Shown: in pieces, positions 53,246 through 64,000 of the stretch
How the letters are laid out: each line of letters begins with the position of its first letter
How positions within the stretch are numbered: the first letter of the stretch is position 1
Assembly: GCA_017654855.1 (NCBI GenBank)
Contig: CM030333.1
Span: forward strand, 62,001-126,000
Reading direction: 5' to 3'
DNA length: 64,000 nucleotides
Origin: Podospora anserina
Lineage: Eukaryota
The notes under the pieces: generated by a model
Seen by the model: the letters and a program-made list of their open reading frames with translations, nothing else
Told to the model about the DNA's origin: nothing
The model's database searches: none
Translations under genes and position numbers: made by a program

Positions 53246-54418
53246 ATGAACAGCCCGCGGTCGTCATCCCCGCCAGGGGCCAAGCTACGACACAACCCCA
53301 TCCACAGCCTATCCCTCCGCTACCTTCTTATTGTGCCCATCCTCTTGGCCATAGCAACCACCGTTGTCCTCTTCCAACACTCGGATACCAACATCTATAT
53401 GCTTTACTCACAATGCCATGCCCGTTCCCGCATCCCGTGGCTCAGTCATATTCCTCTGCTCGGAACTCCATCCTGCTTTCTTGTCTCCTTCTTTGGTGAA
53501 GCCGCGGCTTCTCTCCGCAGCTCGGCCATTCTCTCCCTCATCTTTTCCTTCCTCGCCGGCCTCCTCACTGTGTCGACTGTCGAGGCAGCCAGGATATGCA
53601 ATGCCCCTTCGATCTTGATCGCCTACCCAACTGGCTTGTGGCTCATCTTCGACCTCATCGGTGGCGCCTTTGTTTGGGAGCTCATCATCATCCCGGCCTT
53701 CTTCCACCGCAGCCGCGAAATCATCACGTCCCGTCGCCAGGACCTTCCTACTTCTGATGTCCCCTCAGCCGATCCGACATTTGGTGAAGCCATGCGCCAC
53801 CTGACCAAGACCTCCGAGACCATCGCCATCCCCTTTGCCGTGGCCTTTGGCTTTGTTGCGCCATCCATTCTGATGCTGGCCCACACAAGCCCGGTGACGG
53901 TTCTCATCTGGCTGTTGTTCCCGCTTTGGACAACGTTTCTTAGACAGTCGGCCCGCAAGCTCACCACACTGTCTCTGGTCAAGTTGAACGAGTCTTGGCA
54001 GGAAACTCTGCACCTCGAATCCAGCATTTTGGGTATGGTACGAGTCTACCTTCTTCCCATCCTGTGCTCGGTCGCCTCCCACATATTTTTGCTGTGGACC
54101 CTGTCCCAGCCAGACGATAGGAAAGAAATGACGCGGTCGACGCTAAAGTTCATTACCATCGACGCTTTTTTTGTCGGGTTGACGGTCCTGTACTGGATCT
54201 TGGTCGAGGCCGGGTGGAGGGTGGCCGCTGTGATGGTGTTCACCTCGGTAGTACTTGGCCCTGGCGCGGGTGTTTGCCTGGGATGGGTCTATCGGGAAGC
54301 GACACTCAATCTTGCAGGCGCTTCTGGGAGCGGAGTGACGGTTGTGGCGGTTGGTGCCGGCCCCGGGAGGAGAGAAGAAGGGGGTGAGCCAGGTGAAGAG
54401 ACACCCCTCCTTCGTTAA
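53246..54418 (+). CDS. Uncharacterised multi-pass membrane protein
   Basis: Single 390-aa ORF with many hydrophobic segments; ends GEETPLLR. Confidence 0.8.
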   Translation: MNSPRSSSPPGAKLRHNPIHSLSLRYLLIVPILLAIATTVVLFQHSDTNIYMLYSQCHARSRIPWLSHIPLLGTPSCFLVSFFGEAAASLRSSAILSLIFSFLAGLLTVSTVEAARICNAPSILIAYPTGLWLIFDLIGGAFVWELIIIPAFFHRSREIITSRRQDLPTSDVPSADPTFGEAMRHLTKTSETIAIPFAVAFGFVAPSILMLAHTSPVTVLIWLLFPLWTTFLRQSARKLTTLSLVKLNESWQETLHLESSILGMVRVYLLPILCSVASHIFLLWTLSQPDDRKEMTRSTLKFITIDAFFVGLTVLYWILVEAGWRVAAVMVFTSVVLGPGAGVCLGWVYREATLNLAGASGSGVTVVAVGAGPGRREEGGEPGEETPLLR

Positions 54419-55087
54419 GAACGAAGGATTTGTACATGTTTTGTAGAACCCATTGGCAAAGATATTCCAATTCCTTTTATACGTAGAGCCAAATTTGGTA
54501 CATGCGTGTGCAGTTATCGATTTGCCATTTGTTGGCTCATACTGAGCACCGACAGGGACTTGTTTGCGAGGAGAGGCGCCATTGCGGTGTGTGTACGGGG
54601 CGTGGAGAACTCACCCAGGCTCCTGGGCAGCTTTGTCTAGAGGTCTGAGAATCGAACAACATCTGGGTGGTGTACAAGTCAAAGCACGACAGTGTAGGTA
54701 GGTAGAGCAACCGTAATTAGATGTAGAAGACTTCGGCAAGACAACCGGGCAGGAGGGTGATCAAATCAAGCCCGTTCTCATATTAACAATGCTTCCACAG
54801 GACCCCTCAAGGCCAAGGGCCAATATCCCCACAAGATCGTCGAAAGCATGAATGTTAAACTCTGGGAGGCGAGAAATATTGCTGCACGACTTGATGGCCT
54901 GCACCAGCATCAATTACCTAAGAGAGACTGCAGAGGCGTGGGAGAATGCAGTTGACCTGACCCCCACGATGCGGAGAATGGCGACATCAGCCCCCAGAAT
55001 GGCGTAAACATGGCTCACCCCATAAAAGTAAAAACGACCCATCTGGCAAGACCACACACTGTCACATTATCTATAAAGTCTTCAGAC

Positions 55088-57276
55088 TCACATGTTCGAC
55101 CCTGTAAACTGCTGGTTGGGCCATCCAGTCGGGAATGTGGACCAGTCCATGCCGTACAGCTCTGGCCCAAAAGTGAAACCGCTCAACACCTCCTCAAACG
55201 CATTACTCCCCGTTGTCACGCCGCTCGCGTGTGAAGGTGCCACAGGCGCCGGTATTGGTGGTTCTGTGACGGCAAGGCTTGGCAAGGCTATTGATGGAGC
55301 CGATGTAGCTGGTACAGATGGCTGGAACGTGTACGAGGCTGCTGGGTCCGGTGTGAGCTGTGCGTGGCCAGCAATCCTGGTGTCGATGGCAGATTTGGTG
55401 ACAGGCGCAGGGTCACTGGAGATATGAGCCGGTGAATCGGGCGCGCCTTCAGGGAGCTTTAAACCGTGGGTGATTATCCGTTCGATATCCGCTTGCTGGT
55501 GCCATGTCAGTCATCTGACGCCTCAGTCATGATGATTAGAGTTCAAACACTTACAATACTCGCAGCGGCCGGCCCAGTGGTAGATTGCTGGGCGGCCCTT
55601 AAGCAAACAGCAGAGAGCTCTTGAACTCGTTCTAGGGTAAATGCTAAGTCACCTGTACCGGTTTGAAGCCCATGATACAGAGCCCTCGTGCATTGATAAG
55701 CGCAGCCCGGCAGATCCAAGTCAGTGACAGGGACGCTGCTGCCCAGGGTCAGGAGCTGCGCAAACATGTCAGCCATGGCCCTTGCGTGATTATAGCAGCC
55801 CTGACGGCTGCGGGCAACAAGATTAGGATCCAGCTGCTGGAGCATCGGCCGAGGGAGCGCCTCGCGCAGTCCTTCCAGAAAGAGGCGGTACAGATCGAGA
55901 TGGCACTGTCGCCACCAAACGTGTGTCATGACAAAAATACCCAGCCTTGGTGAATAGGTTCGCAGACGCAGGTTCCCCTCGGACCATTTGAACGACGGCG
56001 GCAATCGTTCCTCGAAGCCTTCCAGCTCGGCCAACAGCTCGGCGCATCGCAATGGGAGAGTGGTCAGATCCTGTTGAGACCACGACGAGGCGGCCTGAGA
56101 GGTACACTGCAATATCCTTGCACGCATCCACTGGATACGCACATGAAGGGCCATAAATCCGAGAGCATCCGGCATTGGCGCGGTTCCCATGCCGGGCTCT
56201 GGTGGTGGCGGCCTCAGGGACTCAGTAGCTTCTGGAAGGTCAAACTCGAAGTTCCTTTCGTTGCAGGGCAGGTGAACGTGGATTTGGCGCTCGGCATCGG
56301 GCCACAAAGCAACATCACGCTGGCCTGCCGAGATGGACGAATCGATCATGTACAGAGACCACATAAGTCGACGACGAGCCTCCCGCGCCAAAAAACAGAG
56401 CTCTGGGTTTTCGTAGTTGAGTCGAAGAGCCGTGGCAAAGCGGCTGGCGAGTGCATGCAGCATAAAAGCACCCGAAAACCTCCTCGAGAAGATGCGATGT
56501 TCAACGGCAATCACCAGCGCCTGCAGACGGACAATCGATGGTTTCTCCATTCCCGCCAAGCACAGTGACACGGCCTCCTCCATACACTGGCTTCCATACT
56601 CGCCCATACCCGGACCCAGGTCAGTCAGCAAAGCGGTGATGGCAATGAGAGCAAGCACAAGAGACCTGTCGAGGGACCCGGCGTGGTAACGCTCCATCAG
56701 CGATGCCCGATGCAAGAAGGAGAACTTGGGGATATGGTGTACATGACGAAAGAAGGCGTCAAAAGCGCGCAGCACGAGGTCCTCCTCGGGTTCGGCTCGC
56801 GCAGCAGACGCCGGCGCAGGGCTTGCAGTACCGCTCGCAAAAGCGCTGCGTCCCGAGTGGCCGTCATCATAGGATGGTGAGTCTGGCGGATGGGCCGTCG
56901 CAGGTGGTGCGGATGTTGCTGATGCTGTGGCAGGGCTGGCCAGGGGAAGTGAGCGCTTTCCAGGGAGATAGACACAATGGAGGCCTTGAGCGGTGCACCG
57001 GTCACAGCTCGGAGTCGAACCACTGCAGCGGGCCTTCTTCTCATGGCAGTTCTGGCAGGCGCGGCGAACTCGGCGGCGAGGTATCGCGATGCGAGACACG
57101 GCGGCATCGGTCTGGACTACCTCCATGCCCATGTGCTCGTCATAGGAGCAACCAAAACCAAGTCGCTCGCAGTTGGTACAGGTTCCCTTCCGACCATCAC
57201 ATCGGACCTTGCGGGCACGGCATGTTATGCACGTGTGTGCGGTGCGCTTTTGCTGTGTCCGGGGTGAGGCGCTCAT
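55088..57276 (-). CDS. Zn(II)2Cys6 transcription factor with two zinc clusters and a fungal TF middle domain
   Basis: CITCRARKVRCDG..CTNC..C and CQNCHEKKARCSG..CDRC..C; REARRRLMWSLYMID; intron 55554-55496 then a Pro-rich exon. Confidence 0.93.
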
Positions 57277-58281
57277 TGGCAGCAGCTTCGGTGTCTAAGC
57301 CAAGCAGCATCAGGGCAGTCCGTGATGGTGGATGACGGCGACCGGGAGGATAACTGGCCCCGCAGTCTATCTCAAATGAATTGGCCTCGGTGGGCGGTTT
57401 GCGTTTGGCTGAGCGGGAAGATAATAATAAGCCAGGTCTCCAAATCACCCCAGGCATTTCGTGCTTGTTCTCTCCTGCGTTGTGTTTTTTTTTTGAACTG
57501 TCCCTCGCAGCGACACCTCTTGATCCGAAGCCGAACCGCTAACCATATCACCCACCGGTTGTTCCCGGCCATTGGAGGGGAGGCGGCCAGGGCGCTCTGG
57601 TGTGGGTGCCGAGCCCTGCCAGCCGCCGGTCGGCCCGTCTGTATATCCTGGATGGGCGTAGACTCCGGAGTGAGATGATCCGGCAGTTGGCTCCGGTCTT
57701 CCATTGCATCCCGTCCCGGCACACCCGTCTTCAGTCTTGAAAAATGTATCTGAGCTTACCATCAACAAGCTTGCTTCATGGTCGATGGCATGGACACCCA
57801 GCACATGTTGGAAGTGAGGTAGGGTATCTTAGGTATGATCAAGTGAGGTATCCGGGACTCGGAGAGAGACTTGCGGGGCACTGTTCCTACACCCCACTGC
57901 GCACACCATTCGCATCCAATCTGCTGGACGCTGGAATTGAAGCCATCGTGATCGAAGGAAGCTCTGCAGATATCTGGACAATACAAATAAAATGAAGGCT
58001 GGCTGATGCCTAAGCCGTTGTGGGACTGCTGGGCCAGCTGCCTGCTTAGTGTCCCGTGATCTCGCGCTCTTCCCCTGGCAGGGGCCACTGTTGCCTGCTC
58101 GACATGTCGCGCCTGCCAATCAAACAAGCAGCCACGAGAGAAGGTTGATCGAGTATAATTGCATTCAAACTCAAGACCTGATTCCAGCTTCCTTCAGGCT
58201 TTTGTGAATTGTGTGGCATCTCTGTTTGTTCATTCGTTAATTACCCTTCACCATCTACATACCTCTCTCCCTCCCGTCAGA

Positions 58282-60490
58282 ATGCCGCCAAAACGCGCCA
58301 AGAAGGCTGCCGCTGCCGCAGCAGAACCTCCCCTCGATGGCTGCAAGATTGCCCTGAGCGGCACCTTTGCGGGCATGACACAATCGGCTGTCAAGGCCAA
58401 GGCAGAGGCTGTGGGTGCCACTGTCAGCACCGCTGTCACCGAAGACACGACACACCTCGTGGCCACCGAGGCCGACTTCAACAAGCCCTCAGCCAAAGTC
58501 ACCAAAGCACAGACCCTAGGCATCCCCATTGTCAGCTTTGAGTGGCTGTCCCTCTCTGAACAAAAGAATAGCAAACAGGCTGAAGACGACTTCACGTTGG
58601 GCGGCACTGCTTCCACCAAGACCAGCACATCGCGGAAGAGAGCTGCGGTTGACAGCACCTCCGACACGGAAACTGTTGCACCACCGGCCAAGAAAAGCAA
58701 GGACGGTAATGTCAAGGTTGAAAATGGAGATGTCAAAGTCGAAGATGCTCCCCCAGAGCAGAAAAAGGCCAAGCAAGAGAAGGCACTTGGTGAGGGTCAG
58801 GTTTTGAAACGAAAGGACACTCGGATTCCAATCGATGATGGCTGTCCCTTTACGAGTTCGGTCGTGTACATTGATGCTGACGGCGTCATCTACGATGCCT
58901 CGTTGAACCAAACCAACGCCTCCAACAACAACAACAAGTTCTACCGCATTCAGGTCAGTTTTTCCAGAACACGTTTCCAGAAGAGAGAGGAAGCCAGTTG
59001 CTGACAAGGAATGCGATCTAGCTTTTGGTGGATCCTCAAGGAGTGTACAGGACATGGACTCGCTGGGGCCGTGTTGGTGATCACGGCCAAACCCAGGTTC
59101 CTGCCACAGGTTCGCTCGCAGAGGCCATGAAGCAGTTCGAAAAGAAATTCAAAGACAAATCGGGCATCGCTTGGGCCAACCGGGTCGACAACCCAAAGCC
59201 CGGCAAGTACGCTTTTGTGGAGAGGAACTACGAGGACGATTCCGACGATGAAGATGCGGCAGAAGATGAGTCCAAGGACAAAACCAAGGCCGACGACTGG
59301 ACGCCGCCAAAGTGCAGTCTAGACCCTGCGGTGCAGCATCTTCTGGAACTCATCTTCAACCAGCAGTACTTTGCCAACACAATGTCGGACCTCAACTACG
59401 ACGCAAACAAGCTCCCGCTCGGCAAGCTCAGCAAGGCCACCATCACGCGCGGTTTCCAGTCACTGAAAGACCTGTCAGAGCTCCTCGACGACAACACACT
59501 GGCGCAGTCCAAGTACTCCATGACGTACGGAAATGCCGTAGAACAGCTGTCCAACACGTTCTACTCGCTCATCCCGCACAATTTTGGTCGCAACCGTCCA
59601 CCCGTCATTCACACTCAGCAAATGGTCAAGAAGGAAATAGAACTTCTGGAAAGCCTGAGCGACATGAAGAATGCGGCCGAGATCATGAAGCTGGACAAGG
59701 TGGGCAACTACGATGTCCACCCCCTTGACAAGCAGTACGAGGGTCTGAAGATGAAGGAGATGACCGTCCTTGATCCCGCCACTCAAGAGTTTGCAGAGCT
59801 CAAAAACTATCTGGTCAACACACGTGGGCACACCCACAATCACAGTTACCAAGTCGAAAACATCTTCCGTATCGAGCGCCAAGGCGAGAAGGATCGATTC
59901 GACGCCAGTGTGTTTGGCAAGCTCAACCAAAACAGGCGTCTGCTGTGGCACGGTTCTCGCGCAACCAACTTTGGTGGTATTCTCAGCCAAGGTCTTCGTA
60001 TTGCTCCTCCAGAAGCACCTGTGAACGGCTACATGTTCGACAAGGGCATCTATCTTGCCGACATGGCCTCCAAGTCTGCAAACTACTGCTGCTCGTATCA
60101 GTCTGGCAATACTGCTCTTCTTTTGCTGTGCGAGGCTGAACTGGGTGACCCCATGCAGGAGCTGCTGCACTCTTCTTACAACGCCGCCAGTGAGGCCAAG
60201 CAGAAGGGCATGATTTCCACATGGGGCAAGGGAACAAACGGTCCACTGGCATGGAAAGATGCTAGCTGCGTGGAACCTTCTCTGAAGGGTGTTATGATGG
60301 TGAGTATCGGTGAACAACAGAGCGGGCCGTCAAGTCTATTAGCTAACCATTATCAATTGCACAGCCCGACACGTCCACAAAGATGCCAGGGAAAACCGGC
60401 GTGGCAGGAGCCAGCTTGCTGTATAACGAATACATTGCCTACGACGTGTCACAAGTCCGCCTCCGTTACCTCTTCCGGGTTAAGATGTAG
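58282..60490 (+). CDS. parp: Poly(ADP-ribose) polymerase (BRCT-WGR-regulatory-catalytic)
   Basis: BRCT, NNNKFYRIQ, RWGRVG, LPLGKLSK, LLWHGS, GIYLAD, YNEY (H-Y-E triad); introns 58954-59021 and 60300-60364. Confidence 0.97.
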
Positions 60491-60962
60491 AAGTGTGCGC
60501 GTCTTAGGGACAATGAGCGATGGTGGGAGTATGGAGTTGGTGGCTATCTTGGCTTCATTTTGGGGACCGCGGCAGCGTCAATGTGTACAAGGTAGGGCGG
60601 GGGCGAAAACGGTTTCGGTGAGCGGTAGAGCTAGGGATACATTTGCTAATATTGCGCCATGTGCTAATCAAATCAAACATGAACTAGTGAGTTGCAGGAG
60701 AACTGTGCTCTCACCTGTCGTGCGTGTTCCATCTGCAAGCATTGCCCTCAGTCCTAAAGTTCATGAATGATGCATGTTGTGAAGACGTCAGCATGGTGGT
60801 TCGCATACCAAGTCTAGTTGCCAGGTTTACTTGATTTGTACCGTGATCAAATGTCCATAATGTAATCATTCTGTTAGTAGTTGGTTGACGCTTAGGAGGC
60901 TTCATCGTAGTAGGTTTCATAACAAATGATTTCGATGGTAGTTTCTCAACAAGTACCATCAG

Positions 60963-61049
60963 GGTCCGCTGGCGTAATGGCAGCGCGTCTGACTACGATT
61001 TTCTAATCAATATATCAGGAGGTTCCAGGTTCGACCCCTGGGCGGATCG
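60963..61049 (+). tRNA. tRNA-Arg(ACG) with 15-nt intron (60999-61013)
   Basis: GGTCCGC/GCGGATC acceptor stem, TGGCGTAATGG, anticodon stem TCTGA/TCAGG, GGTTCGACCC, TTTT terminator at 61050. Confidence 0.95.
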
Positions 61050-61463
61050 TTTTAAGTCCTCATCAGCTCTATGAAATCTCATTCAAGTTAATGATTATCT
61101 TTTTCCCCCCGCCAGGCTAGCCCTGCCACTGCTGGCGGGCCTCCTTGGTCTCCTTCCCGGTCAAAGGTTGCTAGGTTTGACCAACCAACACTTATCTTTA
61201 AAAGAAACCTTCTGTAGAATTTGTTTGGCGGCCCCAAGCTTGAACTCCCGAAACAAATTCCGCTTGCTACATTACCTATCAAGTAAAATGCACATCGCTG
61301 CCGAGAATTGGCAGGCTCCTCCCCAATTCAGCCGAGCGATGTTGCTCCGGCTCCTGTAGCACTGGGATTCGATGGATTCAGCCGGCTCAAATGATAACGA
61401 CTTTCACTTGGCTCATAACCCTCTCTCGTTAAAATAACTCGCACCAAAACAGGCATAATCATC

Positions 61464-62589
61464 ATGGCTTGGCCGTAAGTTATGAATACAGTTCATGCGC
61501 CCTGACTCTACAATGTCCAGTAGCTAACCACTGGAATCTCTAGCACCCACATCCTCGTTACAGGCGCCACCGGCTTCATCGGCGCGCATGTTGTGGACAC
61601 GCTGCTTTCCCGTGGCTTTAGGGTAAGGGGAACTACTCGGTCCAGAGCCAAAGGCGAGGCCATGTTGGCAGCTCGTCCTCGAGCCACCCAGGCATCTCGT
61701 CTTTGACTGTGTCGTCATTGACGACTTTTTAGGGCCAGAGCTGGACCTTTCTTCAGCGTTGAAAGGTGGCATTGATGCCATCGTTCATGTGGCCTCCCCT
61801 TTCACGTACGACACTCAAAATAACGAGGCAGAGCTGATACTACCTGCCATCAACGGGGTCAAGGCTGTCTTGTCTGCGGCCGCGGAAGCACAAACGGTGA
61901 AACGGGTGGTGATCACATCAAGCTTCGCTGCAGTACTTGATGTTGAGAGGGCGCGGAAGGCGTCTCAGTACTTTACCTACACGGCGGACGACTGGAACCC
62001 CCTTACGTACGATGAAGCGGCCGATAAAAAGACAAGCGCGGTGGTGGCATATCGAGGGAGCAAGAAGTTTGCCGAACTGGCGGCGTGGGAAATTGTGAAT
62101 AATTTCGAGTGTCGTGGGGGTGGGTTGAGTTTTGACTTGATCACCTTGTGTCCCCCCATGACGTTTGGGCCTGTGGTTCATCCCGTGGTTGGCGGGCCTT
62201 TGGGGCTGAATGATAGCAACAGCCAGCTGTGGAAGGTTGCGATTGCGAGCCAGCAAGGAAAAGAGCTTCCTGTCGCGAGAGTACCATTCTGGGTTGATGT
62301 AAGGGATCTGGCGCAGGCGCACGTCGAAGCACTCCTTCGGCCAGAAGCAGGGGGCAAACGGTACCTGGTTGCTTCCCGGGAGAGATTCACGTATGAAATG
62401 GCAGTCGAGATCATCGAGCACGAGTTTCCCAATTTTGTGATACCAGAGGGAGCGCCAGTGGTGGAGAGGCAGGTGGTCGACGAGAGCCACGGTATTGATG
62501 GCGAGACAGCGGCGAGGGAGCTGGGCATCTCATATCGCGCTTTTCGAGAGACAGTGGTGGACTTGATGAGGCAAGTTGGTGCAATGTAG
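61464..62589 (+). pseudogene. NAD(P)-dependent epimerase/aldehyde reductase (Gre2-like) with a +1 frameshift at CTT-TGA-C (61701-61707)
   Basis: Exon MAWP, intron 61475-61543, ILVTGATGFIG...ASRL then TGA; the +1 frame continues DCVVIDDF...IVHVASP, VITSSFAA, YRGSK, WVDVRDLA. Confidence 0.75.
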
Positions 62590-63121
62590 GCAGGAGCAAA
62601 CCACCCGCTGGCAATGCGACCCCTGCTCAGTACCCCACATCACGGGAATGGACATGACCTCATCGATCCCAGAGCACATGAAACCCGCAACCAAATCGTA
62701 TTTTCTGGCTGCATCGCTGCGGCATCGCTGATCACCCGTGATACAGATGGACTTTTTCATGTTCACTTAGTGTACAATAACCCACCTCTCTGTCTTCTTA
62801 ACACCACCGCCATCCGAGGTGAGCAGCTGGCAGTACACCGCGCTGCTGAACTGATCGACACCGGCCATGACGCTACGTCGGGCCCTCGAGATTCCACACT
62901 ATTCATTGGACACGGTGCCGGCAGCTGGTATTTTAGCCAGGCGGAGCCACCTGGTCGGAAGCTCTGTGTTGTTGTGCAACTGATCTTGCTCGCGTCGTTT
63001 CATGCCACCCTACCTTTGTCCACCAAGTTTGCCGCAGGCCATTGTCCCCTCAACGCGTCATTCACTTTGCTTCACACCTCGACCCGGCTATCTGCCCATA
63101 CCACTGGCACTGCTCACCACC

Positions 63122-64000
63122 ATGGCCCGCAAAGCTGGATCCGTGTCCAAACAGGTGTCCAACCCCGAGTCTCCCATCCGCCCCCAGGTACTTCTTCGCC
63201 GCTCGAACCGCAATCTCGCCCAAAGCCAAAAGATGACAGACGAGGAGGATGAGTCCCGCGAGATTCAGGGAAAGATACTGGGCATCAGGAAGGGGGCCGA
63301 CTCGGGGAATGCCACAGAGGCCACAGCTGAGGATGTTCAGTCTTCGGGCAAAGAAGGGCTCAGGTTTGCCATTGAAGGTCTGGCTCGGATGGAGCGCCGG
63401 CTGCAGCGGGCGACAAAACGGCAGAAATTGAAGGTGGAGGAAACACATCTCACTGAGACGCTCGACGAGGACGAGTACAAGCCGCCGGACGAGGTCGCCA
63501 CTGCCGGCTGGAAGCAGCGACATCAGAACCCTGGTGTGTCGAAGCAGCCAGACCGTCAGGACCGGGCCCAAAGAGGTATGTTTGGCGGCGAGGGCCTTGA
63601 TCTGAAAGACGAAGCACCAGTGGCTACTGAAGAGGCACTCGACACGGTCGAACGTGGAGCCGCACGACCTCCTCCCGTCAACAGTCACTATCTTCCGCTG
63701 CCTTGGAGAGGCCGGCTCGGCTATGTTAGCAGTCCTATAGTGGTCACCTGAGGCAAAGAATGGCATTGGATCTAATGGTATCATTAGGCATGTCTCAACA
63801 CCTACCTGCGAACAGCCAAGCCGCCAGTCTTCAGTTCCCGCACATGTCGCATGGCGTCCATCATCGACCACCGGTATCCGCTCGCCGACCCGGACCAACC
63901 CGAGCATGCAACCAAGAACAGGCCGGACAAGTCCAAGGCGGTCGATCATGAACTGGGGGTCCGCTTTGTGCAGAATCTTGGGCTTCAGAATGCAGCCGAT
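63122..64000 (+). CDS. uve1: UV-damage endonuclease (UVE1/mus-18), 5' part
   Basis: ARPPPVNSHYLPLPWRGRLGY, intron 63725-63787, ACLNTYLR..PPVFSSRTCRMASI; runs off window end. Confidence 0.93.

Noticed and set aside
59475-60317. Long antisense ORFs (also over SRP54, the MFS gene and UVE1)
   Set aside because: Shadow frames caused by codon bias of the sense genes.
60300-60770. C-terminal extension of the 581-aa PARP ORF
   Set aside because: Read-through of an intron; splicing 60300-60364 restores the catalytic YNEY and stops at 60490.
61623-61732. GTAAGG...ATTGAC...TTTAG as an intron bypassing the reductase frameshift
   Set aside because: Wrong phase (110 nt from a phase-0 donor), and it would delete part of the Rossmann fold.

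Overview
Intron-rich filamentous-ascomycete (Sordariomycete) genomic DNA. The gene set and style suggest Podospora or a close relative, but that is inference. I resolved about 30 protein-coding loci by reading GT-AG introns with CTRAC branch sites by hand. Housekeeping and repair genes: FBA1 (5' part), SRP54, a RecQ helicase, PARP, and the UV endonuclease UVE1/mus-18 (5' part). Carbohydrate-active enzymes: GH47, AA12-type PQQ dehydrogenase, CBM1-CE15 glucuronoyl esterase. The first ~27 kb are rich in secreted or accessory genes (DUF3237, DUF1996, DUF4419, a bacterial-type S8 protease, small Cys-rich proteins, a SET protein with a signal peptide). There are two intron-containing tRNAs, Leu(AAG) and Arg(ACG), and a 282-bp solo LTR with a 5-bp target-site duplication. 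The most unusual signals are: (1) an otherwise intact two-RRM gene with three in-frame stops confined to the inter-domain linker; (2) a reductase gene broken exactly at CTT-TGA-C, the RF2-type +1 frameshift motif; (3) an identical 10-mer in the introns of both A34 tRNAs; (4) a SET-domain protein that appears to enter the secretory pathway. Family assignments come from motif recognition only; no database searches were run.
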